A program made the position numbers and the translations under genes. 64,000 nt of DNA from an uncultured Candidatus Saccharibacteria bacterium (GTDB lineage: Bacteria; Patescibacteriota; Saccharimonadia; Saccharimonadales; CAIOMD01): positions 17,467 to 81,466 of the forward strand of contig CAIOMD010000011.1 of the NCBI GenBank assembly GCA_903859365.1, given 5' to 3'. The notes under the pieces are model-generated. The model was not told the DNA's origin. It saw only the letters and a list, made by a program, of their open reading frames with translations, and ran no database searches. This document shows, in pieces, positions 9,053 through 16,131 of the stretch; the first letter of the stretch is position 1, and every line of letters starts with the position of its first letter.

Positions 9053-11818
9053 TTACGGTTGTATTATTGTAGGTTTTCCGGTTGCGGGGTCACTGTCTAT
9101 CCGTGCCGTTGGGCTCGTTCGTAGTTTAACTAAATTAAGAGGAGAACCTGTAATTGCTTCTATCTGATTTTGCAAATTAGCAAGATCTGCTTCCGACACG
9201 TCTCCATTGCGTGCGATTCGAGTAAGATTACCCATTGCCTGCCCTTGTTCTGAAGGAGACGAGCTTTGTAGCTGTCCTATTAATACGCTCGAGACATCAT
9301 TTCGCGACGTTCCTCCGATGGTTGCAAAATTATTAACCGCTGTCTGAAAAGCAGGAGAAGCTGCGCTTGAAATACGTCCATCCCCATCTCCTCTAGCAAA
9401 ACCAGGTGCATATTTATCGAGCACCGAAAAAGCTTCAGAATTGGTAGATGCTAGATTATTGAGCGATCCCTCATTTTTGGCTTCGTATGCATAAAGAGCA
9501 TCTTGTTCTTTATTTTGGGCGGCATCGAGGGAAGTTGCCTGCTGTAAACGTCGGCTTGCCACAACTTTTTTACCATTCGCCAATGTAACCGTAGACCCCT
9601 CCGCAGCATCGAGAATTGCCATTCTCGATGCTTTCTGCTCAGCATAGTTACCAGTACCTTTAATAAGGTTTTCAGCTTCTAGTTGGGAGTTGGCAAAGTC
9701 TTTTCTTTTTTGTTCAGCCGTCACTTTGTTTTTGAAATCTCCCGTAGCTCCATACATACCTGTACTAAAGCTCCCCCTCATTCTCTTGAATCTACTATTT
9801 GGGTCTGTAGCATTTCGATACGCCTTCTCTTCTTTGCCTTCTTGCCTTCTGCCGGCTGCTTTACCAAGACTTTTGCTGACAGGATTCTTCTCTTTAACCA
9901 TGCCACTAAGTTTATTCACTCCACCACTTGCTGCAGCCATTGCCGATCCTGCATATTTAAAGGTTGCCGGTATAAGGAATAGCGGGCCAAAATAAGCTAC
10001 TATTGCTGCAATTGCTGAGAAAGTTCCTCCTCCAGGAAGAACTTCGTTTGACATAACTGTTGCGCCTATAATTCCAGCACTAAATAGCAGCATTATTATT
10101 GGAAACATAAATGCTAATTTGCTAAAGTTGCTCCACCAATTTTTCCAAATTGATTGAGTCCCAGGGAGCACCCAAGCAATAAGTGCTATGGGCGAAACAA
10201 CGAGCAAAAGTAGAAGCAGAGCGATTCGAACGATTAACGTAAAGATTATCGTTATAATGCTTATTAGTACACCGATTGCTAGTATTGCAAGCCCTACTGC
10301 ACCCCCTGCGGCTAGAGCAGCTGATCCCGCGATGGTTGCAAAAATAAGACTAAAGCTTCCAGAAGCTCCAAGGCCACCCGTTTGGCTTCCGTTGGTTAAA
10401 ATTTGATTTATAGAAAGAGAAGAAAAAGTCGCCGTTTGGCTGAAGGGTGTTACGAGTAGCTCTTGAACCCCCGTGCCAAGGGCGTTGACTAATATTAGGA
10501 AGTTAGTAAATATTAACCAAGAGAACTGAATCAATATTGCTGAAATTATTAGTCTCGGCAAAATTTTCTTTACTGTGTAGGCACTCATAAACTCAAATCC
10601 AAACACTTGACTTAATATCATAAATAGTCCAATTAGTAGAATTAGAACTGATGAAAGATCTTTAACCGAGCTCCACGCCTTATAGAGACAGCCACTGGCA
10701 GGGCAATCCGTACTAAAATTTGATTGGTTTACGAACAAAATTGAAGATATAACTTGTTGAAACCAGCCGAGCATCTGATCGGCTAGCGAAAGAAGTGAGC
10801 ACATAATCCAGCCCACGAGAAAAATATGGATAAAACATTGATCGTATGGTGAGGTTGTGGCCTGATCAGCGGTGCCGGCCTGAGGTCCAGTATCCCCATC
10901 TTGTCTTAATATAGGAGCTGCAGCATTTGCGAGATTAGCGTTTTGATCCATCCGATGAGCTAATTCTCCACAATTTGCTTGTCCGCCATTATTTGTAGGG
11001 ACACCAAAAATCACATTTACTATTGTATGGTAGTCTTTTGTGCTGGAATAGATGTTCTCCCCCACCGTACCATCACTACCCACGGCGTAGGCCTTGTAAT
11101 ACCATGGGGTTACGGTGCCGTCAGTATTTCCTCCCATTTCTGTATTTGCAATGCCCTTGATAGCTTCATTTGGACTTTTTTCAAGTTGCATTTCGCAACC
11201 ATCGCTCGCAAAGAAAGCCTGGGAGTATGCATAATATGTAATTGCGTCCTTTGGCTTAAAGTTATTAAATCCAGTACTGGCGATATTATCAAAGAGAGCC
11301 GGGTTTTTTTGTCTTAAAAGACTGACCAAATTATTAAAGATTTCAACATTACTCTTAGTAGTGATGCACGTACCACTTCCGTCGTTGCAGACATAGCCAA
11401 TAGCTTTAAAAAAATTTATTTCATTATTGTCACCGATTGCAGGCATCCAGATACTTGGCAGTGTATTTTGCCAGAATTGATCACAGGTCCATGTCTGACT
11501 AGATGATGTAAAGGATTGACCACTAGGAAACGTCGGCGGCGGGCTCGCGCGCCCGTCAGAAAAAAATTGATAGAGGGTATTACTATTAATATTTGCGTAA
11601 CTTAATGTTGGAGAAAATGAACAGGTTGTGGCGTCTGTAGCCGTACCATTCTGTCCGGACATAGTATAGAGGGTTGTAAAATTTTCCACCTGCTGCTTGA
11701 GAGTTGCTGAATTAGCCGCTTTCGCGACACTATTTAAATTCAGTGTAGATACAACTACTGAGGAAATAAATAAAAGAAGAAACGGTATGAATCGTAATTT
11801 TATTTTATTTTTTTTCAC
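9053..11818 (-). CDS. VirB6/TrbL/PrgH-like polytopic channel protein (921 aa) with a Cys-rich N-terminal ectodomain and a large C-terminal domain
   Basis: A signal peptide is followed by a ~330-aa region with multiple Cys. At least 6 hydrophobic helices lie between about aa 330 and 640 (e.g. LILLIGLFMILSQVF, IISAILIQFSWLIFTNFLILV, LAILAIGVLISIITIIFTLIVRIALLLLLLVVSPIALIAWVL). A ~280-aa hydrophilic C-terminus follows. It is the first gene of the minus-strand operon. Confidence 0.6.
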   Translation of the reverse strand: MKKNKIKLRFIPFLLLFISSVVVSTLNLNSVAKAANSATLKQQVENFTTLYTMSGQNGTATDATTCSFSPTLSYANINSNTLYQFFSDGRASPPPTFPSGQSFTSSSQTWTCDQFWQNTLPSIWMPAIGDNNEINFFKAIGYVCNDGSGTCITTKSNVEIFNNLVSLLRQKNPALFDNIASTGFNNFKPKDAITYYAYSQAFFASDGCEMQLEKSPNEAIKGIANTEMGGNTDGTVTPWYYKAYAVGSDGTVGENIYSSTKDYHTIVNVIFGVPTNNGGQANCGELAHRMDQNANLANAAAPILRQDGDTGPQAGTADQATTSPYDQCFIHIFLVGWIMCSLLSLADQMLGWFQQVISSILFVNQSNFSTDCPASGCLYKAWSSVKDLSSVLILLIGLFMILSQVFGFEFMSAYTVKKILPRLIISAILIQFSWLIFTNFLILVNALGTGVQELLVTPFSQTATFSSLSINQILTNGSQTGGLGASGSFSLIFATIAGSAALAAGGAVGLAILAIGVLISIITIIFTLIVRIALLLLLLVVSPIALIAWVLPGTQSIWKNWWSNFSKLAFMFPIIMLLFSAGIIGATVMSNEVLPGGGTFSAIAAIVAYFGPLFLIPATFKYAGSAMAAASGGVNKLSGMVKEKNPVSKSLGKAAGRRQEGKEEKAYRNATDPNSRFKRMRGSFSTGMYGATGDFKNKVTAEQKRKDFANSQLEAENLIKGTGNYAEQKASRMAILDAAEGSTVTLANGKKVVASRRLQQATSLDAAQNKEQDALYAYEAKNEGSLNNLASTNSEAFSVLDKYAPGFARGDGDGRISSAASPAFQTAVNNFATIGGTSRNDVSSVLIGQLQSSSPSEQGQAMGNLTRIARNGDVSEADLANLQNQIEAITGSPLNLVKLRTSPTARIDSDPATGKPTIIQP

Positions 11819-11928
11819 TATAATTAATTAATTCGCTTTCTTATTTATAAGCATAAACGAAAATTAAAATAATGTAAAAAATAAGTATAGATTTACTTAA
11901 GTTCAAATGCGCTATAAAATAATCTCAG
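11819..11928. promoter_or_regulatory. AT-rich divergent control region between the T4SS structural operon and the pilin-like operon
   Basis: This 110-bp spacer holds candidate plus-strand promoter elements TTTACT-N17-TAAAAT ending ~10 nt before the ATG at 11929. No obvious SD precedes that ATG. Confidence 0.35.
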
Positions 11929-12354
11929 ATGCAAAATATTCGAAACACGGGAATCTACTTCATTACTGCTCTATTAAGTGTTGTGGTGCTTTTTGCATTT
12001 CTCGGATCTCCTGTCCGTGCCGCTGATCCTATCCCAGAACCACCCGGTTATACGTGTACCGGCAGGGGGCTAAATATTCCTACTTGCACAGGAAATGGTC
12101 AATACACTGGTCTTACTTCAGGAAATCCCATCGTTCTTTGGATTATATTCTTTATAAATGTAATTAGTGCCTTGATCGGATTTGGCGCAGTCCTAATGAT
12201 CGTGGTAGCGGGAATTCAATATTCTGCTGCCGGGGATAATGCTCAATCAATCCAATCCGCCAAGAAAAAAATAACCAACGTACTGATTGGATTAGCTGCC
12301 TACATTGCTTTTTATTCTATTTTGAACTGGCTAGTGCCCGGCGGAGTATTATAA
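11929..12354 (+). CDS. VirB2/TrbC-like pilin paralogue 1 (141 aa)
   Basis: A signal peptide ends in VRA|AD. A Cys pair (CTGRGLNIPTC) is followed by two TM helices flanking the loop GIQYSAAGDNAQSIQSAKKKI. The stop overlaps the next start (TAATG). Confidence 0.65.
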   Translation: MQNIRNTGIYFITALLSVVVLFAFLGSPVRAADPIPEPPGYTCTGRGLNIPTCTGNGQYTGLTSGNPIVLWIIFFINVISALIGFGAVLMIVVAGIQYSAAGDNAQSIQSAKKKITNVLIGLAAYIAFYSILNWLVPGGVL

Positions 12355-12809
12355 TGTTTCTTACGAAGAGAATAAAATATTTTTTTATTTCATTTAGCTT
12401 GTCAGCCTCAATGGTAATCCTTGTTTCCACGTTATCCAGTACAGTACTTGCAGCAGACGCATCAGCAAATTGCACAAACACGACCACATTCTTAGGCATA
12501 CCATCTTGGTATGAATATTTGAACGTTCAACCTGATCCTAGCACTCATGTTTGTCAGACTACAGCGCCAAATGGTGGTAACCCTATCCCCTTCGTCGGCT
12601 TGGCCGTTATAGATATTTTGCTTAGAGTCGCAGCTTTAGTAGCCCTTATTTTTGTAGTATATGGGGGATTTAGGTTTGCAACTGCTCAAGGTTCGCCAGA
12701 TGCTATATCGAAGGGTAAGAAAACCGTGGTCAATGCCCTTGTCGGACTTGTCATAGCCGTACTAGCTTCACAAATAGTAAAATTTGCAGCATACTTATTA
12801 TCGAAATAG
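12354..12809 (+). CDS. VirB2/TrbC-like pilin paralogue 2 (151 aa)
   Basis: A signal peptide ends in VLA|AD. Two Cys are separated by 26 residues. The TM hairpin carries the loop GGFRFATAQGSPDAISKGKKTV. Confidence 0.65.
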   Translation: MFLTKRIKYFFISFSLSASMVILVSTLSSTVLAADASANCTNTTTFLGIPSWYEYLNVQPDPSTHVCQTTAPNGGNPIPFVGLAVIDILLRVAALVALIFVVYGGFRFATAQGSPDAISKGKKTVVNALVGLVIAVLASQIVKFAAYLLSK

Positions 12810-12818
12810 CAGTAATAT

Positions 12819-13124
12819 ATGACATCAATTTTAACAGCCATTAATAACTTCGCCAGCGGAATCATCGAATCTGATCAGGTAGATATCCCGAAAGGGAATC
12901 TTTCTGGAAATGGAAAAATAACAGAACTTCTAAACTATTCTTTCGGTGTGCTAGCGGCTATTTGTTTTCTCGTTATTGTAATAGCTGGCGTTCAGTTTGT
13001 TCTTTCTTCTGGGGAGCCTCAAAAAATTAATACAGCCAGAAGTGCAATTATTTACGCAGCAGTAGGGTTAGCGATCTCTCTCAGCGCAATACTTATCGTA
13101 AGTTTTGTTCTAGGTAACGTCTGA
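12819..13124 (+). CDS. VirB2/TrbC-like paralogue 3 (101 aa), lacking a signal peptide and the Cys pair
   Basis: It has the same C-terminal TM hairpin (AGVQFVLSSGEPQKINTARSAIIYAAVGL), but the N-terminus is hydrophilic with no AxA cleavage site. The stop overlaps the next start (TGATG). Confidence 0.6.
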   Translation: MTSILTAINNFASGIIESDQVDIPKGNLSGNGKITELLNYSFGVLAAICFLVIVIAGVQFVLSSGEPQKINTARSAIIYAAVGLAISLSAILIVSFVLGNV

Positions 13125-13522
13125 TGAATAAAATGAAATCATTGCTAACAGTTTTATCAATACTCTCCTTGAGTTTGGCTTTCATTCCAATTAGTAGTGC
13201 GCGTGCATCATATGATCCAACCGAACAAGTCTGCGAAGGTGCGGGAAATGAAACTACGGGACCAGTTTGTGGTGCAGTTGATGAAGATCCAGTTTCTGGG
13301 TCAAACGGCGTAATAAACACGGTAGCAAATATAATTGCTTGGGCCGGTGGTGTGATTGCTGTCATCATGATTATTTTTTCTGGATTTCGTTTCGTAACAT
13401 CAGGTGGCGACAGTGGAAAAGTAGCCTCAGCACGCAATACCATTATCTACTCATCCATAGGCCTCATCGTTATTGTTATTGCAAGAATAATTGTCAGTTT
13501 CGTAATAGGTAATTTAAAATAG
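13124..13522 (+). CDS. VirB2/TrbC-like pilin paralogue 4 (132 aa)
   Basis: A signal peptide ends in ARA|SY. The Cys pair is CEGAGNETTGPVC. The conserved hairpin loop is SGFRFVTSGGDSGKVASARNTIIY. Confidence 0.7.
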   Translation: MNKMKSLLTVLSILSLSLAFIPISSARASYDPTEQVCEGAGNETTGPVCGAVDEDPVSGSNGVINTVANIIAWAGGVIAVIMIIFSGFRFVTSGGDSGKVASARNTIIYSSIGLIVIVIARIIVSFVIGNLK

Positions 13523-13529
13523 GATATAT

Positions 13530-13895
13530 ATGAAAAAATTATTAATAGCTTTATTTTTTGCAGTCGGACTAATATTTAGTATTCATTCACCCGTTCGAGC
13601 AGACAATACTTCAACTGAAGCTGCATGCCAGGGCTTACCGGGCGGATGTAGCACAGACCCTGGAACAACCGTCCAGAATAACGTCAACTTTGTTATTACA
13701 TTATTCTCCTGGATCGTTGGTATCGCCTCGGTCTTCATGATTATTTTCGGAGGATTTAGATTTGTAACGTCTGGGGGAGATTCAGGAAAAGTAAGTTCTT
13801 CGCGAAATACAGTGCTCTATGCAGTCATAGGCCTTATGGTTGTTGCAGTTGCACAAATTATTGTGCATTTTGTGCTCACCAAGGCTAGTCAGTAA
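13530..13895 (+). CDS. VirB2/TrbC-like pilin paralogue 5 (121 aa)
   Basis: A signal peptide ends in VRA|DN. The Cys pair is CQGLPGGC. The loop is GGFRFVTSGGDSGKVSSSRNTVLY. Confidence 0.7.
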   Translation: MKKLLIALFFAVGLIFSIHSPVRADNTSTEAACQGLPGGCSTDPGTTVQNNVNFVITLFSWIVGIASVFMIIFGGFRFVTSGGDSGKVSSSRNTVLYAVIGLMVVAVAQIIVHFVLTKASQ

Positions 13896-13904
13896 AAAAA
13901 TCTA

Positions 13905-13933
13905 TTGCCCTAGACGCCGTCAAATGTTATAAA
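13905..13933 (+). promoter_or_regulatory. Candidate internal sigma-70-type promoter for pilin paralogue 6
   Basis: TTGCCC-N17-TATAAA lies in the only long (74 nt) gap of the pilin array, 36 nt upstream of the ATG at 13970. Confidence 0.4.
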
Positions 13934-13969
13934 TTGTATATTAACCATTAACAGCAAAGAGAAAAGACA

Positions 13970-14383
13970 ATGAACAGAATTAAACTCTTATTAACAGTAA
14001 TGTACGCCCTCGCTCTTACGGTAGTACCAGGCGCAATGATGCTCACTGCTTCTCCGGCATTCGCCCAAAACAGCGAAATCCAAGAAAGTCTTTGTAGTGG
14101 AGCAAATCTTGAAGCACCAGGTTCGACTACTCCTTGTGAAACAGATAACGGAACTGGAGTTAATGGCATAGTTAACACAGTTATAACAGTCTTCTCATGG
14201 GTAGTCGGTGTCGTCTCAGTTATAATGATTATCGTCGGAGGATTTAAATATGTTACATCCGGTGGCGAGTCTAGTGGAGTAACGAGCGCGAAGAACACGA
14301 TTCTTTATGCAATCGTAGGTCTTATTATTGTTGCCGTAGCGCAAATTGTAGTTAAGTTTGTTCTATCAAACGTAAATAAATAA
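13970..14383 (+). CDS. VirB2/TrbC-like pilin paralogue 6 (137 aa)
   Basis: A signal peptide ends in AFA|QN. The Cys pair is CSGANLEAPGSTTPC. The loop is GGFKYVTSGGESSGVTSAKNTILY. A strong hairpin terminator follows. Confidence 0.7.
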   Translation: MNRIKLLLTVMYALALTVVPGAMMLTASPAFAQNSEIQESLCSGANLEAPGSTTPCETDNGTGVNGIVNTVITVFSWVVGVVSVIMIIVGGFKYVTSGGESSGVTSAKNTILYAIVGLIIVAVAQIVVKFVLSNVNK

Positions 14384-14395
14384 AATTAGTTTAAC

Positions 14396-14425
14396 AAAAA
14401 AAAGACCCCTACTGGGGTCTTTTTT
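14396..14425. terminator. Bidirectional rho-independent terminator between the pilin operon and hsp20
   Basis: An A-run precedes the stem AGACCCC / loop TACT / stem GGGGTCT, followed by a T-run. It is readable on both strands. Confidence 0.8.
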
Positions 14426-14441
14426 AATTGTTTTATTTTTA

Positions 14442-14909
14442 CTAAAGAACCTGAATCTTCTTCACTGTATCTTGTTTTACCTTAGTGAAACTTACGGTAA
14501 GAACTCCGTCTTTAAGAACTGCTTCAATCTCATCTTCTTTAACTGGAATTGGTAGAACGAGACTTCGTGAGAATTCTCCCCAATAGCATTCCTGTAGATG
14601 ATAATTTTCTACATCTTCCTCGTATCCTGCATTTAAAGAACCACGAATAGAAAGTGTATTATCTGAGATACTGACATCTAGCTCGTTTTTGTTAACGCCA
14701 GCTGTTCTTGCCTTTACGACAAGCTTGTCTTTTGTTTCGTATACATCTACAGCGAGTTGACCAGGTACGGCTTCTTCTTCGTCCCATTCGTCTTCTTGTT
14801 GCATTGGTTGCTGTACTTGTTGATGTTGAACTATCTCTTCTTCACCTAAAAAGGCTGCCGTTAATTCATCTTCCATTAGTAGATCGTCGTCCGTTGTTCG
14901 TCGCGCCAT
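14442..14909 (-). CDS. Hsp20/alpha-crystallin family small heat-shock protein
   Basis: The alpha-crystallin domain includes LAVDVYETKDKLVVKARTAGVNKNELDVSISDNTLSIRG ... EFSRSLVLPIPV ... AVLKDGVLTVSFTK. I chose the start at MARRTT (14909) because a GGAGGG SD lies ~10 nt upstream. The ORF track extends to 14942. Confidence 0.85.
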   Translation of the reverse strand: MARRTTDDDLLMEDELTAAFLGEEEIVQHQQVQQPMQQEDEWDEEEAVPGQLAVDVYETKDKLVVKARTAGVNKNELDVSISDNTLSIRGSLNAGYEEDVENYHLQECYWGEFSRSLVLPIPVKEDEIEAVLKDGVLTVSFTKVKQDTVKKIQVL

Positions 14910-14966
14910 GTCGTGATACCCTCCACGCTTTAAAGTTAACAAATTTGCGTTTCTGTATTTACATAA

Positions 14967-14995
14967 AGTATATAGCTGTTTTATAGAGGTTGCAA
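14967..14995 (-). promoter_or_regulatory. Candidate sigma-70-type promoter of hsp20
   Basis: On the minus strand it reads TTGCAA-N17-TATACT, about 55 nt upstream of the chosen start. Confidence 0.5.
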
Positions 14996-15046
14996 GAAAG
15001 CCTCCCTAGATTTACAACATAATTTATACAACAGAGCAGTAAAATT

Positions 15047-15075
15047 AAAAAAACCAGAGTAACTCTGGTTTCTTT
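15047..15075. terminator. Hairpin terminator downstream of the tRNA-Ser pair (minus strand), flanked by A- and T-runs
   Basis: The sequence is AAAAAAA-CCAGAG-TAA-CTCTGG-TTTCTTT. On the minus strand the hairpin is followed by TTTTTTT. Confidence 0.6.
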
Positions 15076-15078
15076 AAT

Positions 15079-15171
15079 TGGCGGAGGAGGAGGGATTCGA
15101 ACCCTCGCGGGAGATTGCTCCCCCCTAACGATTTAGCAAACCGTCCCCTTCAGCCACTTGGGTACCCCTCC
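15079..15171 (-). tRNA. tRNA-Ser (anticodon GCT), 93 nt, CCA encoded
   Basis: Manual cloverleaf: acceptor GGAGGGG/CTCCTCC (one G-U pair), D arm CCC/GGG, anticodon stem ACGGT/ATCGT with loop TTGCTAA, a long variable arm (GGGAG/CTCCC) and T arm GAGGG-TTCGAAT-CCCTC. Confidence 0.9.
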
Positions 15172-15195
15172 GCATCACTAATAAACAGCTAAAAT

Positions 15196-15285
<90 letters not shown>

Positions 15286-15362
15286 AAAGCCAATTTACTG
15301 ATATCAGCCACAATATTGTACATTCTTATCTGTTATAGAGCAATAACGTTCTCATAATCCTT

Positions 15363-15947
15363 ATGCTGTTATACAATAAGGCTGTGAATAATGATTTTAC
15401 AAGACCTAACCCTAGTACTACCCAAGAGCCATTTGAGTACAGCTCAGGACAGCTATCTACGCCGAGTCAGCCCCAGGTATCCGCACCGAAAGAAGAAGTA
15501 AGATGGATGGCGTCAGAATTTATATCTCATGAAAAAAGCAGCTCATGGTATGTCACTTTGGCGCTTATAACTGTCGTTTTCTGCGGACTCGTGTACCTAT
15601 TTACCCGTCAATACGTATCAATCGGCGTCATCGTAGTTTTAGCTATTGCTTTTGGTGTTTATGCTAACATCAAGCCTAAAACATTAGAATTTTTAGTTGA
15701 TAGTAGCGGCGTCACAGTAGATAAGAAGCATTTTAATTACGAAGCATTTAAGAATATTGAAATTATTGAAGGCGGTGTGGTGCCGAGCGTAAATCTTATT
15801 CCAGTAAAAAGATTTGCGGTTCCAGTCACCCTTTATTTTTTACCTCAGCAAAAAGAGCAGATTCTTGAAATATTGGGAGAGTTCTTGCCTTCGGAAACTA
15901 AAAGACTTGAAGCTATCGATAGACTTGTTGCTAGACTAAGATTCTAA
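15363..15947 (+). CDS. Hypothetical membrane protein (two TM helices followed by a ~90-aa soluble domain, possibly bacterial PH-like)
   Basis: 194-aa ORF with TM helices WYVTLALITVVFCGLVYLF and VSIGVIVVLAIAFGVYA. No diagnostic motif was recognised. Confidence 0.5.
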   Translation: MLLYNKAVNNDFTRPNPSTTQEPFEYSSGQLSTPSQPQVSAPKEEVRWMASEFISHEKSSSWYVTLALITVVFCGLVYLFTRQYVSIGVIVVLAIAFGVYANIKPKTLEFLVDSSGVTVDKKHFNYEAFKNIEIIEGGVVPSVNLIPVKRFAVPVTLYFLPQQKEQILEILGEFLPSETKRLEAIDRLVARLRF

Positions 15948-15991
15948 CCTCTAGAAAAAAGGGCTCTCATCTGTTATAGTGATGAAGCTTT

Positions 15992-16068
15992 GCACCCGTA
16001 GCTCAGCTGGATAGAGCGTTGGCTTGCGGAGCCAAAGGTCGTAGGTTCGAATCCTGTCGGGTGCACCA
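15992..16068 (+). tRNA. tRNA-Arg (anticodon GCG), 77 nt, CCA encoded
   Basis: Acceptor GCACCCG/CGGGTGC, D arm GCTC-AGCTGGATA-GAGC, perfect anticodon stem TTGGC/GCCAA with 7-nt loop TTGCGGA (34-36 = GCG, G37) and T arm GTAGG-TTCGAAT-CCTGT. The backbone resembles bacterial tRNA-Arg. Confidence 0.85.
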
Positions 16069-16131
16069 ATTCATTTCCTTGCTTTTTTATAATGGTTTCG
16101 CAAAGCGGTTTACCGACCTATATACTGTTAG

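Larger units (their letters stand above)
821..14383. other. T4SS-like locus: seven minus-strand structural genes (821-11818) plus a divergent six-gene pilin-like operon (11929-14383)
   Basis: VirB4, VirB6-like, PrgI/VirB3-like, murein hydrolase and VirB2/TrbC-like genes are clustered. Start/stop overlaps of 1-4 nt occur at 1537-1540, 2817, 12354 and 13124. The two operons are separated by a 110-bp AT-rich divergent spacer. Confidence 0.75.

Noticed and set aside
9451-11317. Several 60-112-aa ORFs on both strands inside the VirB6-like gene
   Set aside because: All are nested within a continuous 921-codon ORF with coherent signal-peptide, TM and tail architecture, and none has start signals of its own.
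13093-14298. Two 116-aa minus-strand ORFs (13093-13443 and 13948-14298)
   Set aside because: They are antisense to pilin paralogues 4 and 6, which have signal peptides, conserved motifs and paralogue support. They are mirror-image ORFs of hydrophobic coding sequence.
821-15171. The T4SS locus as an integrated conjugative element inserted at the 3' end of tRNA-Ser(GCT)
   Set aside because: No integrase, excisionase, relaxase or coupling protein is present. I found no direct repeat of the tRNA 3' end near the recF junction. There is no obvious compositional break, and the locus shares stop-codon nucleotides with recF. Ancient domestication cannot be excluded, but there is no positive evidence for a mobile element.
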